Translations under genes and position numbers: made by a program
The notes under the pieces: generated by a model
Database searches by the model: none
Told to the model about the DNA's origin: nothing
The model's input: the letters and a program-made list of their open reading frames with translations, nothing else
Shown here: one piece after another, positions 20,009 to 30,848 of the stretch
Layout: each line of letters starts with the position of its first letter
Numbering within the stretch: the stretch's first letter is position 1
Assembly: GCA_963748825.1 (NCBI GenBank)
Contig: CAVVKN010000009.1
Location: 128,001 to 192,000, forward strand
DNA: 64,000 nt
DNA from: Methanotrichaceae archaeon
Lineage (GTDB): Archaea; Halobacteriota; Methanosarcinia; Methanotrichales; Methanotrichaceae
Direction of reading: 5' to 3'

Positions 20009-21145
20009 ATGGAAAAATCCGACGAGAAGAATGAATTTGAAAGGAAGCTAAATATAAAAAAAGCAGAAAAATCAAAAATAGCCCAGGAGAATCTGCTTGG
20101 CCTCGCTGACATTCTTTACAACCAGTTCCAGCAGGGCATAGTGCCCCATATCTCCCTGCCATCCCGAACCAAAGGAAACATCGAGTTTTCCACTAAGGAC
20201 GATGTCTGGGTTTATGGTGATCAAGAGACGACACGCAGCGTCAAGACCGTGCGTGGAGCCAAGACACTTCTCAAGACGGTTCACCTGGCTGAGCTTCTCA
20301 TCAACGAGCATCTCAAGAACAATCGCGGCTCGACTTTGAGGGAGATCTATTATATCTCCGAGAACTGGGATATCGCCAAATTCCATGAGCAGGCGGAAAG
20401 TGACCGGCTTATCGAGGATCTGGAGATCGTCACCTCTCTGCACCGGGAGGACTTTCACGTCAGGCCGGAGGAGGATGGGGCAGCCGTCTTCGGGCCGCTG
20501 CGCCTCAAAGAGCAGACACGGCGAGGCGAGCGGGAGATGCACTGCCAGGAGGATGTGGGCGAGGCCGGATACCAGATACCCTTCAATGTGGATAACATCG
20601 AATTTTTGAGCCACGACGCAAAACTGGTCATGGCCATTGAGACGGGCGGAATGTACGCCCGGCTGATCGAGAATGGCTTTGATGAGGAGTACAATGCCAT
20701 CCTGGTTCATATCAAGGGCCAGCCGGCCCGGTCCACGCGCCGCATCATAAAGAGGCTGAATGCGGAGCTGAACATCCCAGTGGTGGTCTTCACGGATGGC
20801 GATCCCTGGTCCTATCGCATCTTTGCCAGCATCGCCTACGGTGCCATCAAGAGCGCTCACCTCTCCGAGCACCTGGTCACTCCAGGGGCGCGCTTCCTGG
20901 GGGTGCAGCCCAGCGACATCGTGGACTACAACCTCTCAACAGACAAATTGACCGATAAGGATTTGCAGGCCCTGCGAAGCGAGCTGACCGACCCCCGGTT
21001 TAATACGCCCTACTGGGAAAAGCAGATCCGGTTGCAACTGGACCTCAAGAAAAAGGCAGAGCAGCAGGCCTTTGCCGGCAAGGGCCTGGATTATGTGACC
21101 AAGACCTACCTGCCACAGAGACTTACTGAGATGGGGATAATTTGA
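20009..21145 (+). CDS. top6A: DNA topoisomerase VI subunit A
   Basis: [33 protein letters not shown]. Confidence 0.97.
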   Translation: MEKSDEKNEFERKLNIKKAEKSKIAQENLLGLADILYNQFQQGIVPHISLPSRTKGNIEFSTKDDVWVYGDQETTRSVKTVRGAKTLLKTVHLAELLINEHLKNNRGSTLREIYYISENWDIAKFHEQAESDRLIEDLEIVTSLHREDFHVRPEEDGAAVFGPLRLKEQTRRGEREMHCQEDVGEAGYQIPFNVDNIEFLSHDAKLVMAIETGGMYARLIENGFDEEYNAILVHIKGQPARSTRRIIKRLNAELNIPVVVFTDGDPWSYRIFASIAYGAIKSAHLSEHLVTPGARFLGVQPSDIVDYNLSTDKLTDKDLQALRSELTDPRFNTPYWEKQIRLQLDLKKKAEQQAFAGKGLDYVTKTYLPQRLTEMGII

Positions 21146-21957
21146 GTTTGATCATCGATTTTCACACTCACATCTACCCGGAATGGGTGGCGGCCAAGAT
21201 CCTGCCCGTCGCCAAGCGAAAGCTGAAGGTGGAGGTTCCAGGCACCGGCGCGCCCGAAGATCTGCGTAGCATGATGCAGGCAGCAGGAGTTGCCGGATCG
21301 GTGCTCCTGCCCCTGGCCAAAGGCAGGGATGACGTCTGCAGCCTCAACGACTGGGTCCGGTCAGTCTCGGGAGAGGGCGAGGAGCTGACAGCCTTTGGCG
21401 CTGTGCATCCTTTCATGCCAAACCTGGAGGCTGAGCTGGACCGGCTGGCCACCTGGGGCGTTAAGGGAGTAAAGATGATGCCTCTCTTACAGGAGGTCTA
21501 TCCTGACGATCCACGCTGTGGCCGGCTTTTCGAGGCATTGATAGAGAGAAAGATGATCCTGGTGGCTCATGCAGGCCGAGACCCGCTGGATCGGCCGGAG
21601 GTCTTTGGCACGCCGGATCGCTTTGCCAGGACCATTGAATGCTATCCGGACCTGCGACTGGTGCTGGCTCACCTGGGAGGTTTACGCATGTGGGATGACG
21701 TCCGGCGTCACCTCCTGTCCGCCGGCGGAAATGTCTATTTCGACACAGCTTACGTCTCTTTTTACATGGGCCAGCAAGAGATGGGGGAGCTGATACGAGA
21801 TATCGGACCAGAGAGGGTCATCTTCGGCAGCGATTACCCCTGGGAAGAGCCGGGAAGGGCAGCGGAGATTATCAAGGGCCTGGGACTCTGTGTTGCGGAA
21901 GAGCAAGCAATCCTCGGCAAGAATGCGGCCAAACTTCTTGGTATTGAGAGTTTCTGA
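21142..21957 (+). CDS. Amidohydrolase family protein
   Basis: IDFHTH, HAG, LAHLGG, YFDTA, FGSDYPW. Confidence 0.9.
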   Translation: MSLIIDFHTHIYPEWVAAKILPVAKRKLKVEVPGTGAPEDLRSMMQAAGVAGSVLLPLAKGRDDVCSLNDWVRSVSGEGEELTAFGAVHPFMPNLEAELDRLATWGVKGVKMMPLLQEVYPDDPRCGRLFEALIERKMILVAHAGRDPLDRPEVFGTPDRFARTIECYPDLRLVLAHLGGLRMWDDVRRHLLSAGGNVYFDTAYVSFYMGQQEMGELIRDIGPERVIFGSDYPWEEPGRAAEIIKGLGLCVAEEQAILGKNAAKLLGIESF

Positions 21958-22002
21958 AATAGGCCAAAGGTTTATACTTCTTTAGAATAGATGCGCGGAT
22001 CT

Positions 22003-22185
22003 ATGAAACGCGATCTGCTCGACATTTTAGCTTGCCCTCTCTGCAAAGGCGACTTGACGCTTGAGGTATTCGAAGAGAACGAGAAGGAGATTGTGACGGG
22101 AAAGCTCTGCTGCCAGGCCTGCCAGGAATGCTATCCTATTGAAGACGGCATACCCAATATGCTGCCGCCCGATCTGAGAGATTAG
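22003..22185 (+). CDS. trm112: Methyltransferase activator Trm112
   Basis: LLDILACPLCK...C..C...YPIEDGIPNML. Confidence 0.9.
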   Translation: MKRDLLDILACPLCKGDLTLEVFEENEKEIVTGKLCCQACQECYPIEDGIPNMLPPDLRD

Positions 22186-22325
22186 TCTTGGCCTTGGCTG
22201 GCCGAGCAAGAGGCCCGGCAAGGGCAAAGCCTGGCTTACAAAGCCCGCAGGACCCGAGGAAATACAAGAAGCTCCACTAGCAAAATATTTATATAATATT
22301 ATGTGATATATGGTGTGGGGGAGTT

Positions 22326-23663
22326 TTGGCATTGGATCATGTTGTTCACATCAACAATGGCAGCGGTGCGGCCAGGCCCATAGTTCTTCGTCTCCTTCCC
22401 GGCGAGGAGACCATATTCAATCTCAAGGTCGTCAATGACGGGGAGCCGTCTAATATTTCTCTGCTGGCCAGCAGTCCCGTCTTCAAGGCGGTGCGCTTGA
22501 AGAAGCCGGATCACTATGTTGTCCTGGAGGAGATCATACCCATCCTGGCCAGGATGCCGGCCAATAAGAAGCGTCTGGACGGCGAGATTCTTCTCTCCGG
22601 CAGCCATGGAGAAAGCCGGGTACCTATCACTCTGCTGCGCGATTCGGAAGATCCGGGCGACGATCTGGAAGACCCCGGCCTACAGGGGGACGAGGAATTA
22701 AAGGATGATCTGATGGGAGATGCTCTGGAAAGAGAAGATACAAGCAACGACCGAGATGAAGAAGAAGAAGAAGACGAGGATGCAGATCTCGCGCCCCGGA
22801 GAAGGGACAGCAGGGACCGAGAAGATGCAGACGATGAGGACGAGGATGAGGAAGACTCCCCAGGAATCAGGCGAGTGAAGCGGTCCGAAGACGAGGACGA
22901 AGACGAGAACGAGGAGACGGAGAAGGAGCCACGGCGCATAGCATTCTCTCGCGATAAAGATCTGCAAAGATACAGATCTGCCACCCGTCAGCAAAGAGCA
23001 GGCGGGATAGAAAGCCGCGGGGAGAAGCGCGGCCTGAAGCCGGCAGTAAGCCGTGTCGATAAAGATCGTAACGATGATCGCAGCGATAGATACAGCAATG
23101 CTCGAATAGGCCGCGACAGGGAAGACGAAATCGAGAGCGATGCAGAAGATGATAATAGCCGCGTTGAAACTCGCTCTAACACCCGTATTGATGATCGTTT
23201 TGTAGATCCCAGCAATAGGCAGGACGAAGGCCCACGTTTCATCCCCAGGAAGGTACCTCTAGGGGAGCAAGAAGAGAGAAAGGAAGAGGGGACTCAAGAG
23301 TGGAAGAGAGCCCCCTCCGGATATGAGGAGGACCGTTACCAGGGCATCTCGCAGGGCCCGGACAGCGAGAGCCGGGAGATCCCCACTTCCGCAGCCGAGA
23401 GAGAGGAAAGATCCCCTGAGGAGCCGGAGGTGTACAGCGAGCCGAATGAAGGGCCAGAGTCCATCTATCTGGACCGATTGGGCGGCTTTGGCGGCCTGGG
23501 CTCTCTAAAGGTCATCCCTGCGGCCCTATTCCTGGCGCTTGTTATTGTTTTGGTTTTGACGTTCATCACAGAAAGCATTCCTGAGTTTCCCGGCGCTTTA
23601 GCATCGTCCATCCTGATCGTCACCCTTATCATATACGGAGCGGCTACGCTCCTGAAGGCGTGA
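22326..23663 (+). CDS. Membrane-anchored protein with long acidic low-complexity linker
   Basis: About 105-aa beta-rich N-domain, about 280-aa D/E/R-rich region, two C-terminal TM helices. Confidence 0.75.
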   Translation: MALDHVVHINNGSGAARPIVLRLLPGEETIFNLKVVNDGEPSNISLLASSPVFKAVRLKKPDHYVVLEEIIPILARMPANKKRLDGEILLSGSHGESRVPITLLRDSEDPGDDLEDPGLQGDEELKDDLMGDALEREDTSNDRDEEEEEDEDADLAPRRRDSRDREDADDEDEDEEDSPGIRRVKRSEDEDEDENEETEKEPRRIAFSRDKDLQRYRSATRQQRAGGIESRGEKRGLKPAVSRVDKDRNDDRSDRYSNARIGRDREDEIESDAEDDNSRVETRSNTRIDDRFVDPSNRQDEGPRFIPRKVPLGEQEERKEEGTQEWKRAPSGYEEDRYQGISQGPDSESREIPTSAAEREERSPEEPEVYSEPNEGPESIYLDRLGGFGGLGSLKVIPAALFLALVIVLVLTFITESIPEFPGALASSILIVTLIIYGAATLLKA

Positions 23664-23665
23664 AT

Positions 23666-25270
23666 ATGAGATACATTGTGGTCACAGGCGGGGTTATGAG
23701 CGGCCTTGGCAAGGGCATTACTGCGGCGTCCATCGGCAGGCTGCTCATGAACAGGGGCTATAAGGTTACAGCCATCAAGATCGATCCTTACATCAACATC
23801 GATGCCGGACTCATGAGCCCGTTCCAGCATGGAGAGGTATACGTCCTCAAGGATGGCGGCGAGGTGGATCTGGATCTGGGCAATTACGAACGCTTTTTAG
23901 ATGTGGAACTCACCCGCGACCACAACATCACCACCGGCAAGGTTTACAGCACAGTCATCGAGAAGGAGCGCAGAGGCGAGTATCTGGGCAAGACGGTGCA
24001 GATCATCCCCCACATCACCGAAGAGATCAAGAGACGCATCCGCCAGGTCTCCCGGGATGGGGGCTGCGAGATCTGTCTGATAGAGGTTGGCGGAACGGTG
24101 GGCGATATCGAGTCCATGCCCTTCCTGGAGGCCATGCGCCAGCTCAAGTATGAGGAGTCGGGCAACATATTCTTCGTGCACGTAACCCTCGCCCCTTCCA
24201 CAATGGACGGAGAGCAGAAGACCAAGCCCACCCAGCACAGCGTGAAAGAGATGCGCCAGCTGGGTCTGCAGCCGGACATGATAGTAGTAAGATGCGAGCG
24301 GCCCCTCTTAGAGGAGACAAAGCACAAGATCGCTCACTTCTGCGATGTTCCCATGGAGGCTGTGATCAGCGCCCACAATGCCGACGACATCTACCGCGTC
24401 CCCTTGCAGATGGAGGCGGAGGGGCTGGCCAGGTACATAATGAAGGCCATGCGGCTCTTTCCCCTGGAAGAGCGCAAGGATTGGGATGAGTTCGTGCGGA
24501 AGATGGATGCTGCAGAGGGCGTGGTGAAGGTGGCCATTGTGGGAAAGTACACCATCGGCTCGCAGTGTGCCGACCCCATGGAGGATGCCTACCTGTCCAT
24601 CCGTGAGTCCCTGAAGCACGCCGGCATTGAGGCCGGTGTGAAGATCGATGTGCAGTGGATCGATGCCGAGGAGCTGGAGCACGGCTCGGCGGACCTCATC
24701 CTGAGAGACGCGGACGGCATCCTGGTTCCGGGCGGCTTTGGATCTCGGGGCACGGAGGGCAAGATGAAGGCCGTGCAGTACGCCCGGGAGATGAAGGTTC
24801 CGTACCTGGGAATATGCTTCGGAATGCAGTTGGCTGTGATCGAGTACGCCCGAAACGTCTGCGGCCTGGATGGAGCGAGCAGCTCGGAGTTTGGGGCCAC
24901 GCCTCACCCGGTGATTGCTCTCCTCCCTGAGCAAGAGAAGATCAGGCACATGGGAGCCACCATGCGGCTGGGCAACTACCCGGCGCATTTGAAAAAAGGT
25001 AGCCTGGCGCATAAGATCTACGGCACAGACGATATCGTGGAGAGGCACCGGCACCGCTACGAGGTCAATCCCGCTTACATTGCCCAGATAGAGGAGAAGG
25101 GCATGATCTTCTCGGGCACCAACGGGGATCTGATGGAGATTTGCGAGATAGCCGAGCATCCCTTCTTCTTCGCATCGCAGTTCCACCCGGAGATGAAGTC
25201 CCGGCCGGGCCGCCCGTCGCCGCCGTTCCTGGCTTTTGTGGAGGCGATGAAAAATAAAAGAAGCAATTAA
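23666..25270 (+). CDS. pyrG: CTP synthase
   Basis: [40 protein letters not shown]. Confidence 0.98.
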   Translation: MRYIVVTGGVMSGLGKGITAASIGRLLMNRGYKVTAIKIDPYINIDAGLMSPFQHGEVYVLKDGGEVDLDLGNYERFLDVELTRDHNITTGKVYSTVIEKERRGEYLGKTVQIIPHITEEIKRRIRQVSRDGGCEICLIEVGGTVGDIESMPFLEAMRQLKYEESGNIFFVHVTLAPSTMDGEQKTKPTQHSVKEMRQLGLQPDMIVVRCERPLLEETKHKIAHFCDVPMEAVISAHNADDIYRVPLQMEAEGLARYIMKAMRLFPLEERKDWDEFVRKMDAAEGVVKVAIVGKYTIGSQCADPMEDAYLSIRESLKHAGIEAGVKIDVQWIDAEELEHGSADLILRDADGILVPGGFGSRGTEGKMKAVQYAREMKVPYLGICFGMQLAVIEYARNVCGLDGASSSEFGATPHPVIALLPEQEKIRHMGATMRLGNYPAHLKKGSLAHKIYGTDDIVERHRHRYEVNPAYIAQIEEKGMIFSGTNGDLMEICEIAEHPFFFASQFHPEMKSRPGRPSPPFLAFVEAMKNKRSN

Positions 25271-25873
25271 TCGCACGTCTCTATTTTTTAGGTATTAAAT
25301 GGGGGCAGAATTATTTATTTAAAAGATTGTTTAATTGAAAATGCGGGGCCGATAGAATCCCTGGATCTCACACCATCATTTAATGCAGATGGCACGCCAA
25401 AACCATTGGTTATAGTCGGAAAAAATGGTACTGGAAAAAGTATTTTATTATCATATATTGTTGATGCACTATTTGAGCTTGCTAAAAAAGCATATGCGGA
25501 CATTGTTCTTGGTCAACAAATGGGGCATTCACCTTTTTTTAAGTTTTCAGGACAATTAAATCAGAGATATAAATGTGAATTCAGTATAGGATTGCTAGAT
25601 TTTTTTGAAAGTGAAAAAAAATATTCTTATGTAGATAAGACAGGATCGTTGGATCAGGGAGAATTCGTTGATAAGGCTCATGGTCGATTTAGCAATGTAT
25701 TGTCGTGGAAAAAAGATGGGGTCGAAAAAAAGAGTTTCGGAGATGAAAAGGAATTAGAAAATATTTATAGAACTAATTCAATTTGCTATTTTCCACCAAG
25801 TCGAAAAGAATTGCCTCACTGGCTAAATAGAGAAAGTTTATCCCAGGATCTGACTTTTGATCTTGACCGAAAT

Positions 25874-26345
25874 AAATCATCGACGAGGTATTCATAGAGG
25901 AGGACGCTACTCTCAACTATCAATTCTCTTTGCATAGAGAAAATTCTATTTAACGGCGGTTCTAAGCACTTACTTGCTTAGCTCAACAGCTAATATTGAT
26001 GATCAGATGACGCATATCTTTCGAGCTTTTGATTGCTTATGCGAATTATATGGATAAGCATTCAAGATCTAACTCAAAAGCTCGACATATCAAAAAGAGA
26101 TAATTAAAGACAATTAAATTTTCAGTTGATGTATTAAGACTCTAGCAAAGATGCTTCAACAGATCAAAAGAATTAATCAACAAATCGCTAACGAGTACGA
26201 ATTCAAATAATAGGATAGAGATTTTGGGCTTGCTTTGTTGACCTCTTAGAAGATTGATAACCTGATGGAGATATAGTGACCGCATTACAAAAAATTCACG
26301 CAAGATGATCGAGATTGGTGCGATGTCTTTCTCATTATGGTGTAT
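25874..26345 (+). pseudogene. Decayed gene fragment, possibly HEPN/ApeA-like
   Basis: Broken frames read NIDDQMTHIFRAFDCLCELY...DFGLA...DWCDV.SHY. Multiple stops. Confidence 0.3.
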
Positions 26346-26545
26346 TTGGTGTACTTGGAAAGCCGATTTATGTTGAAAGCTGTGTTGAGGAAAATAAAAA
26401 ATGGGTAATGGATGTTTTTTTAGATTCAAAAGTTGATATCCAGGAATTGTCCCAATTATCCCAGCCCGATGCAGCAAAATTGATAAGTGATAAGCAACTA
26501 TTGATCCAAAGCAAAATTAATATCGAAGCCATATTGAAAGAAATT

Positions 26546-27390
26546 CTGGATCTCTTTACAGGAACGACCTGGGAGGAATTTCTAGAGCATGGAGCAAAAA
26601 TTAGCGGCTTTAGAGTTAGCAGAAAGAAAACGGCGCAGCGATTTACAGGAGATTATTCTCTGCTAAGTTAACGGATTTGATTGTTGCACTTAGAAGTCGA
26701 TTACAAAGGCATTGATATTCTCTCTGGAAATATGAGCAATTTGCGATCAGATTTGAAGTTGAACTGGTGGAAAAACTGGATGCTAAAACAGCATTTTAGT
26801 ACCCAGCTATAGATCACTTGAGTCGTCAGGGCCAATCAGAATGCCTGGACGGATTGTTTAGGGATCTCCGCGGATTTTGCCAAACGATGGGATATACGCT
26901 AATGCGATAAAAAATGCTGCGAAAAATCCGGTTGAGTTGGAATACGACGAAAGAAAATACCGCCGCAAAACCAAGACGTATGAGTCAAAGATCGGCGTAG
27001 TGACTGTGCCGAGGACAGATATAACCAAAAGTATACGGTTGGGAGAAATTGAAGGAATTGTTGTTATGAGATGAGGTAGATGCGCATCATATCGTAGAGA
27101 ATGACCGATTTGCAGCATGACGGAATCAATTCAGTGCCCAATCTGGAGAGCTTCTCAGGCTGTTGTCCACGTGTACAATTCAATATTGACTACTCATTCA
27201 GGCGATGCGATAATTGCAGCATTCGAGGTCGAGCACACAACGGCAATTTATTCCGGCTTATTGAGGATGTCGGACCTGGTAAGCATGCAGCCAATATCAA
27301 GCTCGATTTATTCATGGTCGCACCGGATGAACGGAGAGAAAAAGTGTTCTACGAAATCAACGGCCAACCTTCGCAGCTGAAGCCGCCCCC
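26546..27390 (+). pseudogene. EVE-domain plus PD-(D/E)xK restriction-like nuclease, decayed
   Basis: LDLFTGTTWEEFLEHGAKISGFR (EVE-like N-terminus); AAFEVEHTTAIYSGLLRMSDLVSMQP; frameshifted NIKLDLFMVAPDERREKVFYEIN. Confidence 0.65.
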
Positions 27391-28456
27391 CCGATATTTC
27401 TGCTAGGAATGGAAAAGCAATATGGAAAGGATGGCTTTGAGACCTTAGAAATGCCTAATGGTACGCCAATTTCTACTGAACGTTTTTCAGAATTTACGAA
27501 ATCATTTGAGTTTCTCAAGGCTACAAAGGCATTTGAAGGAGAGCTACAAACCAAGGTACAAAGACTTTTATCATCAAGCACGAAACCGATGATTCTTTTG
27601 GAAGGGAAGACAGATTTGATGTATATTAATAAAGCACTTACCTTATTGGATCGAAATGATATATTGGAACAAATTGATATAGATCAAGTAGGCATAGATT
27701 CAAGAGAGGGTTCAGAGAATTCTGGATCGTCTGCCCTCGAAAAGATAGAAAAAATATACAGCAAAAATAGTCGTTTGCTAAAGCATAAATTGCTGCTACT
27801 TTATGATTGTGATACAGATAAGAAACAAAGGAATGAGGGTTACCTCTTTGTTGAGTCAATAATAAAAATTGAAAAGGACTGCGCATTTACGAAAGGTATA
27901 GAAAATTTGCTCCCTTCTTATTTGCTGCAATCAGAATATTTTTTGGAAAATAAAAGTCGTTTTTATAGAACTAGTAAGAAAGATTATGGCTTCAAGAGTA
28001 CAACCGTTGAAGAATTCGATAAAGATGAGTTCTGCAAATGGGTATGTGAAGAAAGAAAAAATGCGGGTGACATTGGAAATTTTAATATTATTGTAGAAAT
28101 ATTCGAGAGATTCTTGAGCAAAGAGGTAGTGCTTTAAATTTTTTGAGATACAACTGCGAGATATACTTTCCGTTAGAGCCCCAATGATAACGAAATGGGC
28201 ATCAGCGCCCCCCATCATGGCGCAACTGCTTGCCTAGGCTGATCACTAACCTGCTCTGCTGTTTCAGGCGCCTACCTACTGCACCCACTATTGTTAGCCC
28301 CCTCACCCCAGCCCGCGCTTTATCTGCAATCTTCGGGCCTTCTGCCCCTGAGCCGAGCGTCCTAAACCCAGCGCACGGGCACCCGCGGCCCAGGCAGTGG
28401 GCCGTCCCGGACCGGCGGCGATTGGATGATCAAACAGCTCGTCCCGCTCTTTTCAT

Positions 28457-28969
28457 TCATGGTTTGTAGACATCAATTTCATTTAACCGCTGAAAATCGG
28501 CGTCATTAGTAGCGATATTGGAAATGCCTTCGGATTTGACAACCGCCAGGTGAGTGGCATCGGATATTAATAGCCCATATTTATTCGAGAGATCGACTGC
28601 CATGTCAAGCACAGACTCATCGCAACTACAAATTATGATTGGATATTCCTTGAGATCAGAATAGGTCTTCCAGACCTGAGAGAGTCCCCTGATTTTCGCA
28701 GGGTCTTGCTTCAATACATTCGCGGCATCATGTTCTGAGCGCAGACCATAGGTATTTGTGGCTTCAGCGAGAATTAGTTTGTGAAGCACCTCATTAAGCA
28801 CAAGAGTTGATGTGAATCCATTATACGCACCTGATTCAATTGCAACAAAAAATTTATGGCAAGGCAGGAAGAACTTGGGACGCCTCATTATATGATATAA
28901 AAATATATTAGCATCTATAAATACATCTGAAGATAAAGGCAGTGCTTCCAGGGAATTTATCACAACCAA
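28457..28969 (-). CDS. vapC: PIN-domain (VapC) toxin
   Basis: VFIDANIFLY, TSTLVLNEV, YGLLISDATH, IATNDADF. Confidence 0.9.
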   Translation of the reverse strand: MVVINSLEALPLSSDVFIDANIFLYHIMRRPKFFLPCHKFFVAIESGAYNGFTSTLVLNEVLHKLILAEATNTYGLRSEHDAANVLKQDPAKIRGLSQVWKTYSDLKEYPIIICSCDESVLDMAVDLSNKYGLLISDATHLAVVKSEGISNIATNDADFQRLNEIDVYKP

Positions 28970-29178
28970 TCCTCAGATTCGACAATTTCATCAATGAGAT
29001 CTACATCATCCAGTGCTATTGATCCTGCTAGTCTCTCCGCAATGTTCTTGGCAGGATTGATGAGTATCTTTCCATCTTTTACATTCAGAAATAATCTTTT
29101 GCCTTCACTTATGCCCAACTCGGTCATAACTGAATTAGGAATCTCAATTATCCCGCCTTTCTTAACAAGAACTTCCAT
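28960..29178 (-). CDS. AbrB/MazE-type antitoxin
   Basis: KKGGIIEIPNSVMTELGISEG...KDGKILINP. Acidic C-terminus. Overlaps the vapC start. Confidence 0.85.
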   Translation of the reverse strand: MEVLVKKGGIIEIPNSVMTELGISEGKRLFLNVKDGKILINPAKNIAERLAGSIALDDVDLIDEIVESEDWL

Positions 29179-29308
29179 CGATCTCACCACGATTTTACTA
29201 ATATGCTTGGCCTCTAAAAATAGATTTCCCAATTCTGGATCCAAGGCCCGACCGCGCCCCCGTGCTCCAGATCCCCCGGATTTCTGCCGACGACCGCCAC
29301 GCCGCCCC

Positions 29309-29429
29309 AGGCACGCGCCCGCCCCGTGCCCGTGCGCGCGCTCCCGCGGGGTGAGCGGAGGCCCATCAGGAAAGCCCGGAGCCAAGGTCCACCATTCGTT
29401 TCTGGCCCAGAACACGAATCGAAACCAAT
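29309..29429. repeat. GC-rich intergenic repeat, copy 1
   Basis: Blocks AGGCACGCGCCC, CCCGCGGG.TG.GCGGAGGCC and an exact 26-bp GGCCCAGAACACGAATCGAAACCAAT (29404-29429) are shared with copy 2. Confidence 0.8.
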
Positions 29430-29477
29430 ATGTTCTCAGCCAATGAAATTGGTCTAACCCGATGGAGATCCTGCCCA

Positions 29478-29837
29478 ATGATCGAGCTGACTGCTGAGAT
29501 GATAATCGAGATCCACGACACCACCATCCAGCGCTACGGAGGCTTGCCTGGCATCCTGTGCCAGGGCACCATTGATTATCTCGTCACCAGGATCAATGAT
29601 GAGCCCTACCACTTCAAGAAGGCCGCTCTCGCCCTTCATCTGATCGCACTTCATCCCTTCAACGACGGTCAGAAGAGAACAGGATTTCAGGTGGCCGACA
29701 ACATTCTGAGAATGAACGGCCTATGCATATCAGCCGGCAAAGAAAAGATTTGTTGCGTTCTCTGCACAATTGCCGAATACAACTGCACACTCGACGCAAT
29801 TGAAAAATGGCTCAGAGAAAATACACAAGAAACCTGA
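29478..29837 (+). CDS. Fic/Doc family toxin
   Basis: IIEIHD..I..YGGLPG; HPFNDGQKRTG (Doc-like motif). Confidence 0.88.
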   Translation: MIELTAEMIIEIHDTTIQRYGGLPGILCQGTIDYLVTRINDEPYHFKKAALALHLIALHPFNDGQKRTGFQVADNILRMNGLCISAGKEKICCVLCTIAEYNCTLDAIEKWLRENTQET

Positions 29838-29840
29838 CCA

Positions 29841-29933
29841 TCACATCTCGGCCAGGCACTTCATCAGCTCATCGTTCTCTTTCAGGCTCTTTTCAAGATG
29901 CCTGCGCTGCTCAGCCGTGAGGCCTTTGCCCAT
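29841..29933 (-). CDS. Putative 30-aa Phd-C-terminus-like antitoxin peptide
   Basis: MGKGLTAEQRRHLEKSLKENDELMKCLAEM. AAAGGAAG upstream. Stop lies 3 bp from the doc stop. Confidence 0.55.
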   Translation of the reverse strand: MGKGLTAEQRRHLEKSLKENDELMKCLAEM

Positions 29934-30003
29934 CTATTCTTCCTTTTTCGGGAGGGATTCGATCTGCTCTGACATAACTGTACATCTCAATCATCTGCTT
30001 GGA

Positions 30004-30375
30004 TTAAATATCTTCTTGAGAGACGATCCTGGCTGCGTACCCGATCGCCGCCCGCACATCCTCTTGACTTATCCCATACTCCTGGGCAGCCTCATCGATC
30101 TGCATGCCCCCGGCCAGCGCCCCCAGGATGACGTCCACAGGCACCCGCGTTCCCAGCACGACGGGCCTGTAGTGAGCGATCCTGGGATCGACCACGATTC
30201 GCTCTTCCAGCTGCGGGGGAATATCGCAGCCCTCATAGCCACTCTCCTCGCAATCACGGGAAAGCTCTTCTATAAACGCCTCATTGTAATTGGTCTCGCC
30301 CACAAAGCCGTAATACTGACGGGTCTTGGATTGCCTGCGAGCTGCGGTCTTATCACCTGCAATCTCATCGGTCAT
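30004..30375 (-). CDS. DUF433 domain protein (antitoxin-like)
   Basis: RIVVDPRIAHYRPVVLGTRVPVDVIL...EYGISQEDVRAAIGYA. Confidence 0.85.
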   Translation of the reverse strand: MTDEIAGDKTAARRQSKTRQYYGFVGETNYNEAFIEELSRDCEESGYEGCDIPPQLEERIVVDPRIAHYRPVVLGTRVPVDVILGALAGGMQIDEAAQEYGISQEDVRAAIGYAARIVSQEDI

Positions 30376-30686
30376 TCTTTGCTGCCTCCCAGTTTCTCTT
30401 TCTTTATTCTCTCGATTCCCAGGAAGATATCATCAATTCCAAGATCACACACGTAAGAGCGCTCTTTGCTGTAGTCGCCCTTCCCAGGATTCTGGCTCTG
30501 CCACTGGCGAACGGCATCTATCGGGCTTGGACATTTGCCAGGTGGATTGTGGTGCTTTTCATCGCCGGGCGCGGTCTCTTCATCATAATCCCAGATTTCC
30601 GATTCGATGATCTCATCAATTAGCTTCTGGTCGTCAAGCTGAATGGAACCGGCCAAGCGCTCCGCGATGCTCAGTTTATGATCCAT
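30372..30686 (-). CDS. Hypothetical protein carrying a copy of the AbrB antitoxin C-terminal segment
   Basis: IAERLAGSIQLDDQKLIDEIIESEIW versus IAERLAGSIALDDVDLIDEIVESEDW in 28960-29178. Confidence 0.6.
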   Translation of the reverse strand: MDHKLSIAERLAGSIQLDDQKLIDEIIESEIWDYDEETAPGDEKHHNPPGKCPSPIDAVRQWQSQNPGKGDYSKERSYVCDLGIDDIFLGIERIKKEKLGGSKE

Positions 30687-30771
30687 GAATCCTCTAATTG
30701 CGTGTCTATTCTATTCCGGCCCGTGGCGCATCATCCGTGTTTCATCTTGGCGCGAGCGCCGCCATCTTCCA

Positions 30772-30848
30772 AGGCACGCGCCCGGTCGCCCGCGGGTGGG
30801 CGGAGGCCTGACGGGGCAGGCAGGCCCAGAACACGAATCGAAACCAAT
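30772..30848. repeat. GC-rich intergenic repeat, copy 2
   Basis: Same blocks as copy 1, with the exact 26-mer at 30823-30848. Confidence 0.8.

Larger units (their letters stand above)
25313..28137 (+). pseudogene. ABC/AAA ATPase-TOPRIM (OLD-like) defence-type gene split in three pieces (about 25313-25873, 26346-26548, 27391-28137)
   Basis: YLKDCLIENAGPI...GKNGTGKS (Walker A); LGKPIYVES; PIFLLGM...LLEGKTD...LLLYDCD...GIENL (TOPRIM-like). The Walker B segment is missing. Confidence 0.7.

Noticed and set aside
24308-25276. Long antisense ORFs (also 55396-56325, 20072-20872, 38007-38774, 43283-44029)
   Set aside because: Shadow frames of GC-rich, codon-biased housekeeping genes with no motifs of their own.
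25895-25897. Pyrrolysine readthrough of the TAG ending the first ATPase ORF
   Set aside because: Homology already breaks at about 25873, and the downstream sequence has further stops.
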